Shown here: one piece after another, positions 30,003-40,369 of the stretch
Layout of the letters: every line of letters starts with the position of its first letter
Numbering within the stretch: the first letter of the stretch is position 1
IMG/VR virus record: IMGVR_UViG_2541047920_000001
Direction: 5' to 3' (one strand)
DNA length: 47,511 nt
From: a virus
Lineage: Duplodnaviria > Heunggongvirae > Uroviricota > Caudoviricetes
Made by a program: the position numbers and the translations under genes
The notes under the pieces: model-generated
What the model saw: the letters and a program-made list of their open reading frames with translations, nothing else
The model's database searches: none
Told to the model about the DNA's origin: nothing

Positions 30003-30392
30003 ATGATGTTTCTGAAACAGGACACGTTTAATTATGAAAAACAGTCCGTGGTGCTCAGTGAGCTGTCCGGGCTGCAGAGAATTGAATATCTGACGTTTGT
30101 TCAGCAGCGAACGGCAAAGTTTGATGCCGTGGAGGGAGAACTGCCGGAGGCTGAACGACAGATTGCTTTTCTGCGGATGGGGATGGATATCAATGCCTGG
30201 CTGGTTTCCCGCTCACTGTGGAATGCGGATCAGTCTAAGGATGTAGAGACGCTTTGCGCATCCGTTATTACAACATGGTCGTATGATGCCCTGGGTGCGG
30301 GGGCGGAGATGGTTCTGTCGCTGAGCGGTATGGGGGCCATTGATAATGCCGTGGATGATGAGCATGAGGCGCTGACGCCGGAAAAGTCCTGA
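30003..30392 (+). CDS. Tail assembly chaperone (lambda gpG-like)
   Basis: 129 aa MMFLKQDTFNYEKQSVVLSELSGLQRIEYL… resembles gpG. Confidence 0.8.
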   Translation: MMFLKQDTFNYEKQSVVLSELSGLQRIEYLTFVQQRTAKFDAVEGELPEAERQIAFLRMGMDINAWLVSRSLWNADQSKDVETLCASVITTWSYDALGAGAEMVLSLSGMGAIDNAVDDEHEALTPEKS

Positions 30393-30730
30393 CGCGGGAA
30401 ATGCAGTTTGTCATGCGGCTTGCCCGGGAGTTCCGGCGGGCAGACTGGCGGCGGATGCTGTCGGAAATGTCGGCCACTGAGCTTGGTGAGTGGGGCGATT
30501 ATTTCCGGATGCAGAGCTTCAGTGATGTGTGGATGGATGCGCAGTTTGCCTCGCTGAAGGCATTGATCGTGAGAATGGTGTCCGGCAGCAGTGATGCTGC
30601 GGTGGCTGATTTCAGCCTTTTACCGGAAGAGAACGGGATACCGGAGCGAACGGACGAAGAACTGATGCATCTTGGGGAAGGTATTTCCGGAGGTGTGCGT
30701 TATGGACCAGATAGCCAACCTGGTCATTGA
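30368..30730 (+). CDS. Tail assembly chaperone T domain, -1 frame relative to G (expected G-T programmed frameshift product)
   Basis: Open frame in the -1 phase from 30368 overlapping the 3' end of G; no independent RBS; G then G-T arrangement matches lambda. Confidence 0.6.
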   Translation, partial: GADAGKVLTREMQFVMRLAREFRRADWRRMLSEMSATELGEWGDYFRMQSFSDVWMDAQFASLKALIVRMVSGSSDAAVADFSLLPEENGIPERTDEELMHLGEGISGGVRYGPDSQPGH

Positions 30731-33700
30731 TTTGGGGATTGATGCGGCAGAGTTTAAAAATGAAATTCCCCGTATCAAAAACCTTCTGAATGGTGCAGCC
30801 AGCGATGCAGAACGGTCTTCTGCCCGTATGCAGCGTTTTATGGAGCGTCAGACTCAGGCCGCCCGGCAGACAACGCAGGCAGCTTCTTCGGCTGCAACAG
30901 CCGCATCCGTCCATGCGCAGACGGTGGAGAAGAACGCACAGGCTCATGAACGCATGGCCCGCGAGGTGGAGAAAACCCGCCAGCGCATGGAGGCACTGAG
31001 CCAGAAAATGCGCGAGGAACAGGCGCAGGCCATGGCTCTGGCGGAGGCTCAGGATAAAGCGGCTGCTGCGTTTTATCGTCAGATTGACAGTGTGAAACAG
31101 GCCAGTGCGGGGCTGCAGGAATTACAGCGTATTCAGCAGCAGATCCGACAGGCCAGAAACAGTGGCGGGATTGGTCAGCAGGATTATCTGGCGCTGATTT
31201 CTGAGGTTACGGCGAAAACCCGTGTTCTTACGCAGGCTGAGGCAGAGGCTACCCGACAGAAAGTGGCGTTTATCCGTCAGCTTAAAGAGCAGGCAACCCG
31301 CCAGAATCTTTCTTCTTCTGAGTTGCTTCGTGCCAGGGCTGCCCAGCTGGGGGTAAGCAGTGCTGCAGAAGTGTATATCCGCAAAATGGAGCGGGCAGGA
31401 AAAGCCACGCATTCGCTGGGTCTGAAAAGTGCAGCGGCCCGCCAGGAGATAGGCGTTCTGATAGGTGAACTGGCCCGCGGCAATTTAGGGGCGCTGAGGG
31501 GATCCGGGATAACGCTGGCTAACCGTGCCGGATGGATAGACACACTGATGTCACCGAAAGGCATGATGCCAGGTGGGGTTATTGGTGGTATTGCCGCGGC
31601 TGTCTATGGTCTGGGTAAAGCCTGGTATGACGGTCAGAAGGAGGGGGAAGAATTTAACCGCCAGCTGTCGCTGACGGGGCATTATGCCGGAGTCACTGCC
31701 GGGCAGCTGTGGACGCTCAGTCGTGCTATTTCCGGGAATGGTATCACGCAACATGCTGCAGCCGGTGCGCTGGCTCAGGTGGTGGGGAGTGGTGCATTTC
31801 GTGGAAACGATATCGGTATGGTGGCGAGAGCTGCCGCACAGATGGAGCGATCGGTTGGCCAGTCGGTCAGCGATACCATAAATCAGTTTAAGCGGCTGAA
31901 GGATGATCCTGTAAATGCCGCGAAGTCTCTGGACAATGAGCTGCATTTTCTTACTGCCACTCAGCTTGAGCAGATACGCGTCCTTGGAGAGCAGGGGCGG
32001 TCCAGTGATGCGGCACGGATAGCCATGTCTGCACTGGCAGAGGAAACCGGTCGGCGTACTGCGGATATTGATAATAACCTCAATGCGCTGGGCAGTACGC
32101 TGCAAACTTTGTCTGACTGGTGGAAGCAGTTCTGGGATGCGGCCATGAATATTGGTCGTGAAGATTCGCTGGATGCGCAGATTGCCACTTTGCAGGAGAA
32201 AGTGTCGCGGGCGAAAAGACTCCCCTGGACGGCGTCATCTTCTCAGGTTGAATACGATCAGCAGCGTCTTAACGATCTTCAGGAGAAAAAACGCCAGAAG
32301 GATTTGCAGGATGCAAAAGAGCAGGCAGAGCGGAATTATCAGGAGCAACAGAAACGCCGTAATGCTGAAAATGCTGCACTGAACCGGATGAATGAAACGG
32401 AAGCTGCACGACATCAGCGTGAAATTGCGCGTATTAATGCCATGCAGTACGCCGATCAGGCTGTCAGGGATGCGGCGATACAACGTGAAAATGAACGTTA
32501 CGAGAAAGCCCTGGCATCCGGTAAGAAAAAAACACGCGAAACCCGTAATGATGAGGCCACCCGGTTATTGCTGCAGTACAGTCAGCAACAGGCACAGGTG
32601 GAAGGACAGATTGCTGCTGCCAGACAGTCAGCAGGCATTGCCACGGAAAGGATGACAGAAGCGCATAAACAGCTTCTGGCTCTGCAGCAGCGCATCAGCG
32701 ACCTGGACGGGAAAAAACTGACGGCAGATGAAAAGAGTGTGCTGGCCCGTAAAGATGAACTGATTCAGGCACTGACGCTGCTGGATGTAAAACAGCAGGA
32801 GCTTCAGAAACAGACGGCACTCAACGAGCTGAAGAAAAAAACAATTCAGCTGACCAGTCAACTGGCTGAAGAAGAGCGCGCTCAGCGTCAGCAACATGAC
32901 CTGGATATCGCCACGGTGGGTATGGGTGATCAGCAGCGACAGCGATATCAGGTACAACTGAGTCTTCGCCAGAAATACCAGCAACAGCTGGAGCAGTTGA
33001 GGCGGGATAGTGAGCAGAAAGGGACATATAACACGGATGACTACAGAAAGGCCGAGCAGGCGCTGACGGAGAGCCTGAACCGACAACTGAATGAGAATCG
33101 CCGTTACTGGCAACAGCTTGAAGTTGTGCAGGGTAACTGGAAAAACGGAGTCCTGCGTGCATTTCAGGATTTTACCGTGGATGCAGATAATACGGCAGAA
33201 ACAGCAGAACAGGTGTTCTCGTCAGCCTTCAGCAACATGGGAAATGGCCTGGCAACTTTTGTCACTACCGGCAAACTCAATTTCAAATCCTTCACCTCTT
33301 CTGTGCTGTCAGATATGGCGAAAATCCTGGCGCAGGCAACCATGATGAAATCGATAAAAGGGATTGGCAGTGTACTGGGATTTGATCTCAGCAGCCTTTC
33401 CCTGAATGCCAATGGGGGGATTTATCAGTCTGCTGATTTGAGTCGTTACAGTGGCACGGTGGTTAACCGTCCGACGTTTTTTGCTTTTGCAAAAGGCGCG
33501 GGTGTGATGGGGGAAGCGGGACCTGAAGCCATTCTGCCATTGCGTCGTGGTGCTGACGGTAAGCTGGGGGTTGTGGCGGATATTGGGGGTTCAGGTATGG
33601 CGATGTTTTCCCCGCAGTACAACATCGAGATCAATAACGATGGCACGAACGGGCAGATAGGTCCGGCTGCCCTGAAGGCGGTTTATGACCTCGGGAAAAA

Positions 33701-33767
33701 AGCGGCAGCGGACTTTATGCAACAGCAGGCCCGTGATGGTGGTCGGTTAAGTGGAGCATATCGGTAA
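30702..33767 (+). CDS. Tail tape-measure protein (lambda gpH-like)
   Basis: About 1021 aa, long Ala/Gln/Glu-rich coiled-coil protein between G-T and M. Confidence 0.85.
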   Translation: MDQIANLVIDLGIDAAEFKNEIPRIKNLLNGAASDAERSSARMQRFMERQTQAARQTTQAASSAATAASVHAQTVEKNAQAHERMAREVEKTRQRMEALSQKMREEQAQAMALAEAQDKAAAAFYRQIDSVKQASAGLQELQRIQQQIRQARNSGGIGQQDYLALISEVTAKTRVLTQAEAEATRQKVAFIRQLKEQATRQNLSSSELLRARAAQLGVSSAAEVYIRKMERAGKATHSLGLKSAAARQEIGVLIGELARGNLGALRGSGITLANRAGWIDTLMSPKGMMPGGVIGGIAAAVYGLGKAWYDGQKEGEEFNRQLSLTGHYAGVTAGQLWTLSRAISGNGITQHAAAGALAQVVGSGAFRGNDIGMVARAAAQMERSVGQSVSDTINQFKRLKDDPVNAAKSLDNELHFLTATQLEQIRVLGEQGRSSDAARIAMSALAEETGRRTADIDNNLNALGSTLQTLSDWWKQFWDAAMNIGREDSLDAQIATLQEKVSRAKRLPWTASSSQVEYDQQRLNDLQEKKRQKDLQDAKEQAERNYQEQQKRRNAENAALNRMNETEAARHQREIARINAMQYADQAVRDAAIQRENERYEKALASGKKKTRETRNDEATRLLLQYSQQQAQVEGQIAAARQSAGIATERMTEAHKQLLALQQRISDLDGKKLTADEKSVLARKDELIQALTLLDVKQQELQKQTALNELKKKTIQLTSQLAEEERAQRQQHDLDIATVGMGDQQRQRYQVQLSLRQKYQQQLEQLRRDSEQKGTYNTDDYRKAEQALTESLNRQLNENRRYWQQLEVVQGNWKNGVLRAFQDFTVDADNTAETAEQVFSSAFSNMGNGLATFVTTGKLNFKSFTSSVLSDMAKILAQATMMKSIKGIGSVLGFDLSSLSLNANGGIYQSADLSRYSGTVVNRPTFFAFAKGAGVMGEAGPEAILPLRRGADGKLGVVADIGGSGMAMFSPQYNIEINNDGTNGQIGPAALKAVYDLGKKAAADFMQQQARDGGRLSGAYR

Positions 33768-34096
33768 TGGAGACGTTTCACTGGAAAGTGCGCCCGGATA
33801 TGAATGTGGTATCAGAGCCGAAAGTGGTGACAGTGAAGCTGGGCGATGGTTATGAACAGCGTCGTGCGGCGGGACTGAATAACCAGTTGTCGACTTACAG
33901 CGTGACGATACGTGTTCGTAAATGTGAACACCCATCTTTAAAAGCCTTTCTGGAACGGCACGGTGGCGTCCGTGCATTTCAGTGGACGCCACCTTATGAC
34001 TGGAAACCGATCAGGGTGGTTTGTCGTAAATGGTCGGCAAGCGTGGGGGCGCTGTGGGTAACCATAACGGCAGATTTTGAACAGGTCGTGGCATAG
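33767..34096 (+). CDS. Minor tail protein M
   Basis: 109 aa, similar to lambda gpM; start overlaps the H stop. Confidence 0.8.
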   Translation: METFHWKVRPDMNVVSEPKVVTVKLGDGYEQRRAAGLNNQLSTYSVTIRVRKCEHPSLKAFLERHGGVRAFQWTPPYDWKPIRVVCRKWSASVGALWVTITADFEQVVA

Positions 34097-34105
34097 GAGG
34101 CTCTG

Positions 34106-34804
34106 ATGCAGGATATTCCACAGGAAACACATCATGAGACGACACGCCTCACTCAGTCAGCCCAGGTGGTGCTCTGGGAAATCGATCTGACAGAGGTCGG
34201 TGGTGAACGTTATTTTTTCTGTAATGAGCAGAACGAAAAAGGTGAGCCGGTTACCTGGCAGGGGCGGCAGTATCAGGCATACCCCATTCAGGGGACGGGA
34301 TTTGAACTGAACGGCAAGGGCAGTACTGCCCGTCCGACACTGACGGTTTCTAACCTGCACGGAATGGTCACCGGGATGGCGGAAGACCTGCAGAGTCTGG
34401 TCGGCGGAACGGTGGTCAGGCGTAAGGTTTACGCCCGTTTTCTGGATGCGGTGAACTTCGTCAACGGAAACAGTGACGCCGACCCGGAGCAGGAGGTGGT
34501 CAGCCGCTGGCGCATCGAGCAGTGCAGCGAACTGAGCGCGGTGAGCGCCTCTTTTGTACTGTCCACGCCGACGGAAACGGATGGCGCTGTTTTTCCGGGG
34601 CGCATCATGCTGGCCAACACCTGTACCTGGACCTATCGCGGTGATGAGTGCGGTTATAGCGGTCCGGCTGTCGCGGATGAATATGACCAGCCGACGTCCG
34701 ATATCACGAAGGATAAATGCAGCAAATGCCTGAGTGGCTGTAAGTTTCGCAATAACGTCGGCAACTTTGGCGGCTTCCTTTCCATTAACAAACTTTCGCA
34801 GTAA
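34106..34804 (+). CDS. Minor tail protein L
   Basis: 232 aa, near-identical in many stretches to lambda gpL as recalled (…VVLWEIDLTEVGGERYFFCNEQNEKGEPVTWQGRQYQ…). Confidence 0.9.
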   Translation: MQDIPQETHHETTRLTQSAQVVLWEIDLTEVGGERYFFCNEQNEKGEPVTWQGRQYQAYPIQGTGFELNGKGSTARPTLTVSNLHGMVTGMAEDLQSLVGGTVVRRKVYARFLDAVNFVNGNSDADPEQEVVSRWRIEQCSELSAVSASFVLSTPTETDGAVFPGRIMLANTCTWTYRGDECGYSGPAVADEYDQPTSDITKDKCSKCLSGCKFRNNVGNFGGFLSINKLSQ

Positions 34805-34809
34805 ATCCC

Positions 34810-35553
34810 ATGACAGAGACAGAATCAGCGATTCTGGCGCACGCCCGGCGATGTGCGCCAGCGGAGTCGTGCGGCTTCGTGGTGAGAACGCCGGAGGGGG
34901 AAAGATATTTTCCCTGCGTGAATATCTCCGGTGAGCCGGAGGATTATTTCCGGATGTCGCCGGAGGACTGGCTGCAGGCAGAAATGCAGGGTGAGATTGT
35001 GGCGCTGGTCCACAGCCACCCCGGTGGTCTGCCCTGGCTGAGTGAGGCCGACCGGCGGCTGCAGGTGCAGAGTGATTTGCCGTGGTGGCTGGTCTGCCGG
35101 GGGACGATTCATAAGTTCCGCTGTGTGCCGCATCTCACCGGGCGGCGCTTTGAGCACGGGGTGACGGACTGTTACACGCTGTTCCGGGATGCTTATCATC
35201 TGGCGGGGATTGAGATGCCGGATTTTACGCGGGAGGATGACTGGTGGCGTCACGGTCAGAATCTCTATCTGGATAATCTGGAGGCAATGGGGCTGTATCA
35301 GGTGCCGTTGTCAGCGGCGCAGCCGGGCGATGTGCTGCTGTGCTGCTTTGGTTCATCGGTGCCGAATCATGCCGCCATTTACTGTGGTGACGGCGAGCTG
35401 CTGCACCATATTCCTGAACAACTGAGCAAACGAGAGAGGTATACCGACAAATGGCAGCGACGCACACACTCCCTCTGGCGTCACCGGGCATGGCACGCAT
35501 CTGCCTTTACGGGGATTTACAACGATTTGGTCGCCGCATCGACCTTCGTGTGA
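34810..35553 (+). CDS. Tail tip assembly protein K (NlpC/P60 + MPN/JAB-like)
   Basis: 247 aa, lambda gpK-like; HSHP motif. Confidence 0.85.
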   Translation: MTETESAILAHARRCAPAESCGFVVRTPEGERYFPCVNISGEPEDYFRMSPEDWLQAEMQGEIVALVHSHPGGLPWLSEADRRLQVQSDLPWWLVCRGTIHKFRCVPHLTGRRFEHGVTDCYTLFRDAYHLAGIEMPDFTREDDWWRHGQNLYLDNLEAMGLYQVPLSAAQPGDVLLCCFGSSVPNHAAIYCGDGELLHHIPEQLSKRERYTDKWQRRTHSLWRHRAWHASAFTGIYNDLVAASTFV

Positions 35554-36098
35554 AAACGGGGGCTGAAGCCATCCGGGCGCTGGCCACGCAGCTTCCGGCG
35601 TTTCGTCAGAAACTGAGCGACGGCTGGTACCAGGTACGCATTGCCGGGCGTGATGCCGGTGAAACCGAATTGTCTGCCCGTCTTAATGAGCCGCTGGCAA
35701 ATGGTGCCGTGATCCACATCGTGCCGCGTCTGGCGGGAGCTAAAAGTGGCGGTGTGTTTCAGGTGGTGCTGGGGGCGGCGCTGATTGCGGTGGCATGGTG
35801 GAACCCTGTGGGCTGGCTGGGAGCCGCGGCTGTATCGGGTATGTATGCGGCAGGGGCCAGTATGATCCTGGGCGGAGTGGCGCAGATGCTGGCACCGAAA
35901 GCCAGGACGCCCACGGCAGCAAGTACAGATAACGGCAAACAGAACACCTATTTCTCCTCACTGGATAACATGGTTGCCCAGGGCAATGTTCTGCCCGTTC
36001 TGTACGGTGAAATGCGCGTGGGGTCACGGGTGGTTTCTCAGGAGATCAGCACGGCAGACGAAGGGGATGGTGGTCAGGTTGTGGTGATTGGTCGCTGA
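35451..36098 (+). CDS. Tail tip assembly protein I
   Basis: 215 aa MAATHTLPLASPGMARICLYGDLQRFG…, lambda gpI-like; overlaps the 3' end of K. Confidence 0.85.
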   Translation: MAATHTLPLASPGMARICLYGDLQRFGRRIDLRVKTGAEAIRALATQLPAFRQKLSDGWYQVRIAGRDAGETELSARLNEPLANGAVIHIVPRLAGAKSGGVFQVVLGAALIAVAWWNPVGWLGAAAVSGMYAAGASMILGGVAQMLAPKARTPTAASTDNGKQNTYFSSLDNMVAQGNVLPVLYGEMRVGSRVVSQEISTADEGDGGQVVVIGR

Positions 36099-36117
36099 TG
36101 AAAAACGTTTTATGTGA

Positions 36118-36138
36118 AACCGCCTCCGGGCGGTTTTG
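36118..36138 (+). terminator. Hairpin plus T-tract between I and J
   Basis: CCGCC-TCCG-GGCGG followed by TTTTG. Confidence 0.35.
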
Positions 36139-36158
36139 TCGTTTATGGAGCGTTAGGA

Positions 36159-39100
36159 ATGGGTAAAGGCAGCAGTAAGGGGCATACTCCGCGCGAAGCG
36201 AAGGACAACCTGAAGTCCACGCAGTTGCTGAGTGTGATCGATGCCATCAGCGAAGGGCCGGTTGAAGGTCCGGTAGGTGGATTAAAAAGCGTGCTGCTGA
36301 ACAGTACGCCAGTGCTGGACATTGAGGGGAATACCAACATCTCCGGCGTCACGGTGGTGTTCCGGGCCGGTGAGCAGGAGCAAACACCGCCGGAGGGATT
36401 TGAATCCTCCGGCTCCGAGACGGTGCTGGGTACGGAAGTGAAATACGACACGCCGATCACCCGGACCATCACGTCGGCAAACATTGACCGACTGCGTATT
36501 ACCTTCGGCGTGCAGGCACTGGTGGAAACCACCTCAAAGGGGGACAGGAATCCGTCGGAAGTCCGCCTGCTGGTTCAGATACAACGTAACGGTGGCTGGG
36601 TGACGGAAAAAGACATCACCATTAAAGGCAAAACCACCTCACAGTATCTGGCCTCGGTGGTGGTGGGTAACCTGCCGCCGCGCCCGTTCAATATCCGGAT
36701 GCGCAGGATGACGCCGGACAGCACCACAGACCAGCTGCAGAACAAAACGCTCTGGTCGTCATACACCGAAATCATCGATGTGAAACAGTGCTACCCGAAC
36801 ACGGCACTGGTTGGCGTGCAGGTGGACTCGGAGCAGTTCGGCAGCCAGCAGGTGAGCCGTAATTATCATCTTCGCGGGCGCATTCTGCAGGTGCCGTCGA
36901 ACTATAACCCGCAGACGCGGCAATACAGCGGTATCTGGGACGGAACGTTAAAACCGGCATACAGCAACAACATGGCCTGGTGTCTGTGGGATATGCTGAC
37001 CCATCCGCGCTACGGCATGGGGAAACGTCTTGGTGCGGCGGATGTGGATAAATGGGCGCTGTATGTCATCGGCCAGAATTGCGACCAGTCGGTGCCGGAC
37101 GGCTTTGGCGGCACGGAGCCGCGCATCACCTGTAACGCTTACCTGACCACACAGCGCAAGGCGTGGGATGTGCTCAGTGATTTCTGCTCGGCGATGCGCT
37201 GTATGCCGGTATGGAACGGGCAGACGCTGACGTTCGTGCAGGACCGACCGTCGGATAAGGTGTGGACCTATAACCGCAGTAATGTGGTGATGCCGGATGA
37301 TGGCGCGCCGTTCCGCTACAGCTTCAGCGCCCTGAAGGACCGCCATAATGCCGTTGAGGTGAACTGGATTGACCCGAACAATGGCTGGGAGACGGCGACA
37401 GAGCTTGTTGAAGATACGCAGGCCATTGCCCGTTACGGTCGTAATGTCACGAAGATGGATGCCTTTGGCTGTACCAGCCGGGGGCAGGCGCACCGCGCCG
37501 GGCTGTGGCTGATTAAAACAGAACTGCTGGAAACGCAGACCGTGGACTTCAGCGTGGGCGCAGAAGGGCTTCGCCATGTACCGGGTGATGTTATTGAAAT
37601 CTGCGATGATGACTATGCCGGTATCAGCACCGGTGGGCGCGTGCTGGCGGTGAACAGCCAGACCCGGACGCTGACGCTCGACCGTGAAATCACGCTGCCA
37701 TCCTCCGGTACCACGCTGATAAGCCTGGTTGACGGAAGTGGCAATCCGGTCAGCGTGGAGGTTCACTCCGTCACCGACGGCGTGAAGGTGAAAGTGAGCC
37801 GTGTTCCTGACGGCGTTGCTGAATACAGCGTGTGGGGGCTGAAGCTGCCGACGCTGCGCCAGCGCCTGTTCCGCTGCGTGAGTATCCGTGAGAACGACGA
37901 CGGCACGTATGCCATCACCGCCGTGCAGCATGTACCGGAAAAAGAGGCCATCGTGGATAACGGGGCGCACTTTGACGGCGAACAGAGTGGCACGGTGAAT
38001 GGTGTCACGCCGCCAGCGGTGCAGCACCTGACCGCAGAAGTTACTGCAGACAGCGGGGAATATCAGGTGCTGGCGCGATGGGACACACCGAAGGTGGTGA
38101 AGGGCGTGAGCTTCCTGCTCCGTCTGACCGTAACAGCGGACGACGGCAGTGAGCGGCTGGTCAGCACGGCCCGGACGACGGAAACAACATACCGCTTCAG
38201 GCAGCTGGCGCTGGGGAACTACAGGCTGACAGTCCGGGCAGTAAATGCCTGGGGGCAGCAGGGAGACCCGGCGTCGGTATCGTTCCGGATTGCCGCACCG
38301 GCAGCGCCGTCACAGATTGAGCTGACTCCGGGCTATTTTCAGATAACCGCCACGCCGCATCTTGCGGTTTATGATCCGACGGTACAGTTTGAGTTCTGGT
38401 TCTCGGAAAAGCGGATTGCGGATATCAGGCAGGTTGAAACCACAGCACGCTATCTTGGCACGGCGCTGTACTGGATAGCCGCCAGTATCAATATCAAACC
38501 GGGCCATGATTATTATTTTTACATCCGCAGTGTGAACACCGTTGGCAAATCGGCATTTGTGGAGGCTGTTGGCCAGCCGAGTGATGATGCATCCGGCTAT
38601 CTGAATTTTTTCAAAGGAGAGATAGGGAAAACCCATCTGGCTCAGGAGCTGTGGACGCAGATTGATAACGGTCAGCTTGCGCCTGACCTGGCGGAAATCA
38701 GAACGTCCATCACGGATGTCAGTAATGAAATCACGCAGACCGTCAATAAGAAACTGGAAGACCAGAGTGCGGCAATCCAGCAGATACAGAAGGTTCAGGT
38801 TGATACAAATAATAACCTGAACAGCATGTGGGCTGTGAAGCTGCAGCAGATGCAGGACGGACGCCTTTATATCGCGGGTATTGGTGCCGGTATTGAGAAT
38901 ACCCCTGACGGTATGCAGAGTCAGGTGCTGCTGGCGGCGGACAGGATTGCGATGATTAATCCTGCGAATGGCAACACAAAACCGATGTTTGTTGGTCAGG
39001 GCGATCAGATATTCATGAACGAAGTGTTCCTGAAATATCTGACGGCTCCCACCATTACCAGCGGCGGTAATCCTCCGGCATTTTCCCTGACACCGGACGG

Positions 39101-39638
39101 GCGGCTGACGGCGAAAAATGCCGATATTAGCGGTAACGTGAATGCGAACTCCGGGACGCTCAACAACGTCACGATTAACGAGAACTGCCGGGTTCTGGGA
39201 AAACTGTCCGCGAACCAGATTGAAGGCGATCTCGTTAAAACAGTGGGCAAAGCTTTCCCCCGGGACTCCCGTGCACCGGAACGGTGGCCATCAGGGACCA
39301 TTACCGTCAGGGTTTATGACGATCAGCCGTTTGACCGGCAGATTGTTATTCCGGCGGTGGCATTCAGCGGCGCTAAACATGAGAGAGAGCATACTGATAT
39401 TTACTCCTCATGCCGTCTGATAGTGCGGAAAAACGGTGCTGAAATTTATAACCGTACCGCGCTGGATAATACGCTGATTTACAGTGGCGTTATTGATATG
39501 CCTGCCGGTCACGGTCACATGACGCTGGAGTTTTCGGTGTCAGCATGGCTGGTAAATGACTGGTATCCCACAGCAAGTATCAGCGATCTGCTGGTTGTGG
39601 TGATGAAGAAAGCCACCGCAGGCATCAGTATCAGCTGA
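36159..39638 (+). CDS. Tail tip / host-specificity protein J
   Basis: About 1159 aa from [26 protein letters not shown]…, long identity to lambda gpJ N-terminal and central regions as recalled; C-terminal about 150 aa diverge. Confidence 0.9.
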   Translation: MGKGSSKGHTPREAKDNLKSTQLLSVIDAISEGPVEGPVGGLKSVLLNSTPVLDIEGNTNISGVTVVFRAGEQEQTPPEGFESSGSETVLGTEVKYDTPITRTITSANIDRLRITFGVQALVETTSKGDRNPSEVRLLVQIQRNGGWVTEKDITIKGKTTSQYLASVVVGNLPPRPFNIRMRRMTPDSTTDQLQNKTLWSSYTEIIDVKQCYPNTALVGVQVDSEQFGSQQVSRNYHLRGRILQVPSNYNPQTRQYSGIWDGTLKPAYSNNMAWCLWDMLTHPRYGMGKRLGAADVDKWALYVIGQNCDQSVPDGFGGTEPRITCNAYLTTQRKAWDVLSDFCSAMRCMPVWNGQTLTFVQDRPSDKVWTYNRSNVVMPDDGAPFRYSFSALKDRHNAVEVNWIDPNNGWETATELVEDTQAIARYGRNVTKMDAFGCTSRGQAHRAGLWLIKTELLETQTVDFSVGAEGLRHVPGDVIEICDDDYAGISTGGRVLAVNSQTRTLTLDREITLPSSGTTLISLVDGSGNPVSVEVHSVTDGVKVKVSRVPDGVAEYSVWGLKLPTLRQRLFRCVSIRENDDGTYAITAVQHVPEKEAIVDNGAHFDGEQSGTVNGVTPPAVQHLTAEVTADSGEYQVLARWDTPKVVKGVSFLLRLTVTADDGSERLVSTARTTETTYRFRQLALGNYRLTVRAVNAWGQQGDPASVSFRIAAPAAPSQIELTPGYFQITATPHLAVYDPTVQFEFWFSEKRIADIRQVETTARYLGTALYWIAASINIKPGHDYYFYIRSVNTVGKSAFVEAVGQPSDDASGYLNFFKGEIGKTHLAQELWTQIDNGQLAPDLAEIRTSITDVSNEITQTVNKKLEDQSAAIQQIQKVQVDTNNNLNSMWAVKLQQMQDGRLYIAGIGAGIENTPDGMQSQVLLAADRIAMINPANGNTKPMFVGQGDQIFMNEVFLKYLTAPTITSGGNPPAFSLTPDGRLTAKNADISGNVNANSGTLNNVTINENCRVLGKLSANQIEGDLVKTVGKAFPRDSRAPERWPSGTITVRVYDDQPFDRQIVIPAVAFSGAKHEREHTDIYSSCRLIVRKNGAEIYNRTALDNTLIYSGVIDMPAGHGHMTLEFSVSAWLVNDWYPTASISDLLVVVMKKATAGISIS

Positions 39639-39666
39639 ATTTTATAACCCATATACGGGCGCCAGA

Positions 39667-39691
39667 AATGGCGCCTTTTTTATTGCAGAAA
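39667..39691 (+). terminator. Rho-independent terminator after J
   Basis: GGGCGCC-AGAAAT-GGCGCC followed by TTTTTT. Confidence 0.7.
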
Positions 39692-39705
39692 AGCGAGAGG
39701 TAATT

Positions 39706-40305
39706 ATGCGTAAAGTTTGTGCCGCCATTTTTTCCGCAGCCATTTGTCTGGCCGTATCCGGTGCGCCTGCATGGGCATCTGAACATCAGTCCACGCTGAG
39801 CGCGGGGTATCTTCATGCCTCGACGAACGTTCCCGGCAGCGATGATCTGAACGGGATTAACGTGAAATACCGTTATGAGTTTACGGACACACTGGGGATG
39901 GTGACGTCATTCAGCTATGCAGGAGACAAGAATCGCCAGCTTACCCGTTACAGCGATACCCGCTGGCATGAAGATTCCGTGCGTAACCGCTGGTTCAGCG
40001 TGATGGTGGGGCCGTCTGTGCGCGTGAATGAATGGTTCAGCGCGTATGCGATGGCGGGTATGGCTTACAGCCGTGTTTCGACTTTCTCCGGAGATTATAT
40101 CCGCGTAACTGACAACAAGGGGAAAACGCACGATGTGCTGACCGGAAGTGATGACGGTCGCCACAGCGACACGTCTCTGGCATGGGGGGCTGGCGTGCAG
40201 TTTAACCCGACCGAATCCGTGGCCATTGATATTGCTTATGAAGGTTCCGGCAGTGGCGACTGGCGCACTGACGGTTTCATCGTTGGTGTCGGTTATAAAT
40301 TCTGA
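39706..40305 (+). CDS. lom: Lom-like outer-membrane beta-barrel protein (Ail/PagC/OmpX family)
   Basis: 199 aa with signal peptide and C-terminal …GVGYKF; own terminators on both sides (moron). Confidence 0.8.
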
Positions 40306-40333
40306 TTAGCCAGGTAACACAGTGTTATGACAG

Positions 40334-40357
40334 CCCGCCGGTTCAGGCGGGCTTTTT
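40334..40357 (+). terminator. Rho-independent terminator after lom
   Basis: GCCCGCC-GGTTCAG-GCGGGC followed by TTTTTT. Confidence 0.7.
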
Positions 40358-40369
40358 TGTGGAGTGGAT

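Noticed and set aside
31551-33113. Several 150-185-aa minus-strand ORFs inside the tape-measure gene
   Set aside because: Antisense to gpH-like coding sequence; no RBS or recognisable domains.
36948-38027. 359-aa minus-strand ORF
   Set aside because: Antisense to the highly conserved J gene; Arg/His-rich composition typical of a GC-rich antisense frame.
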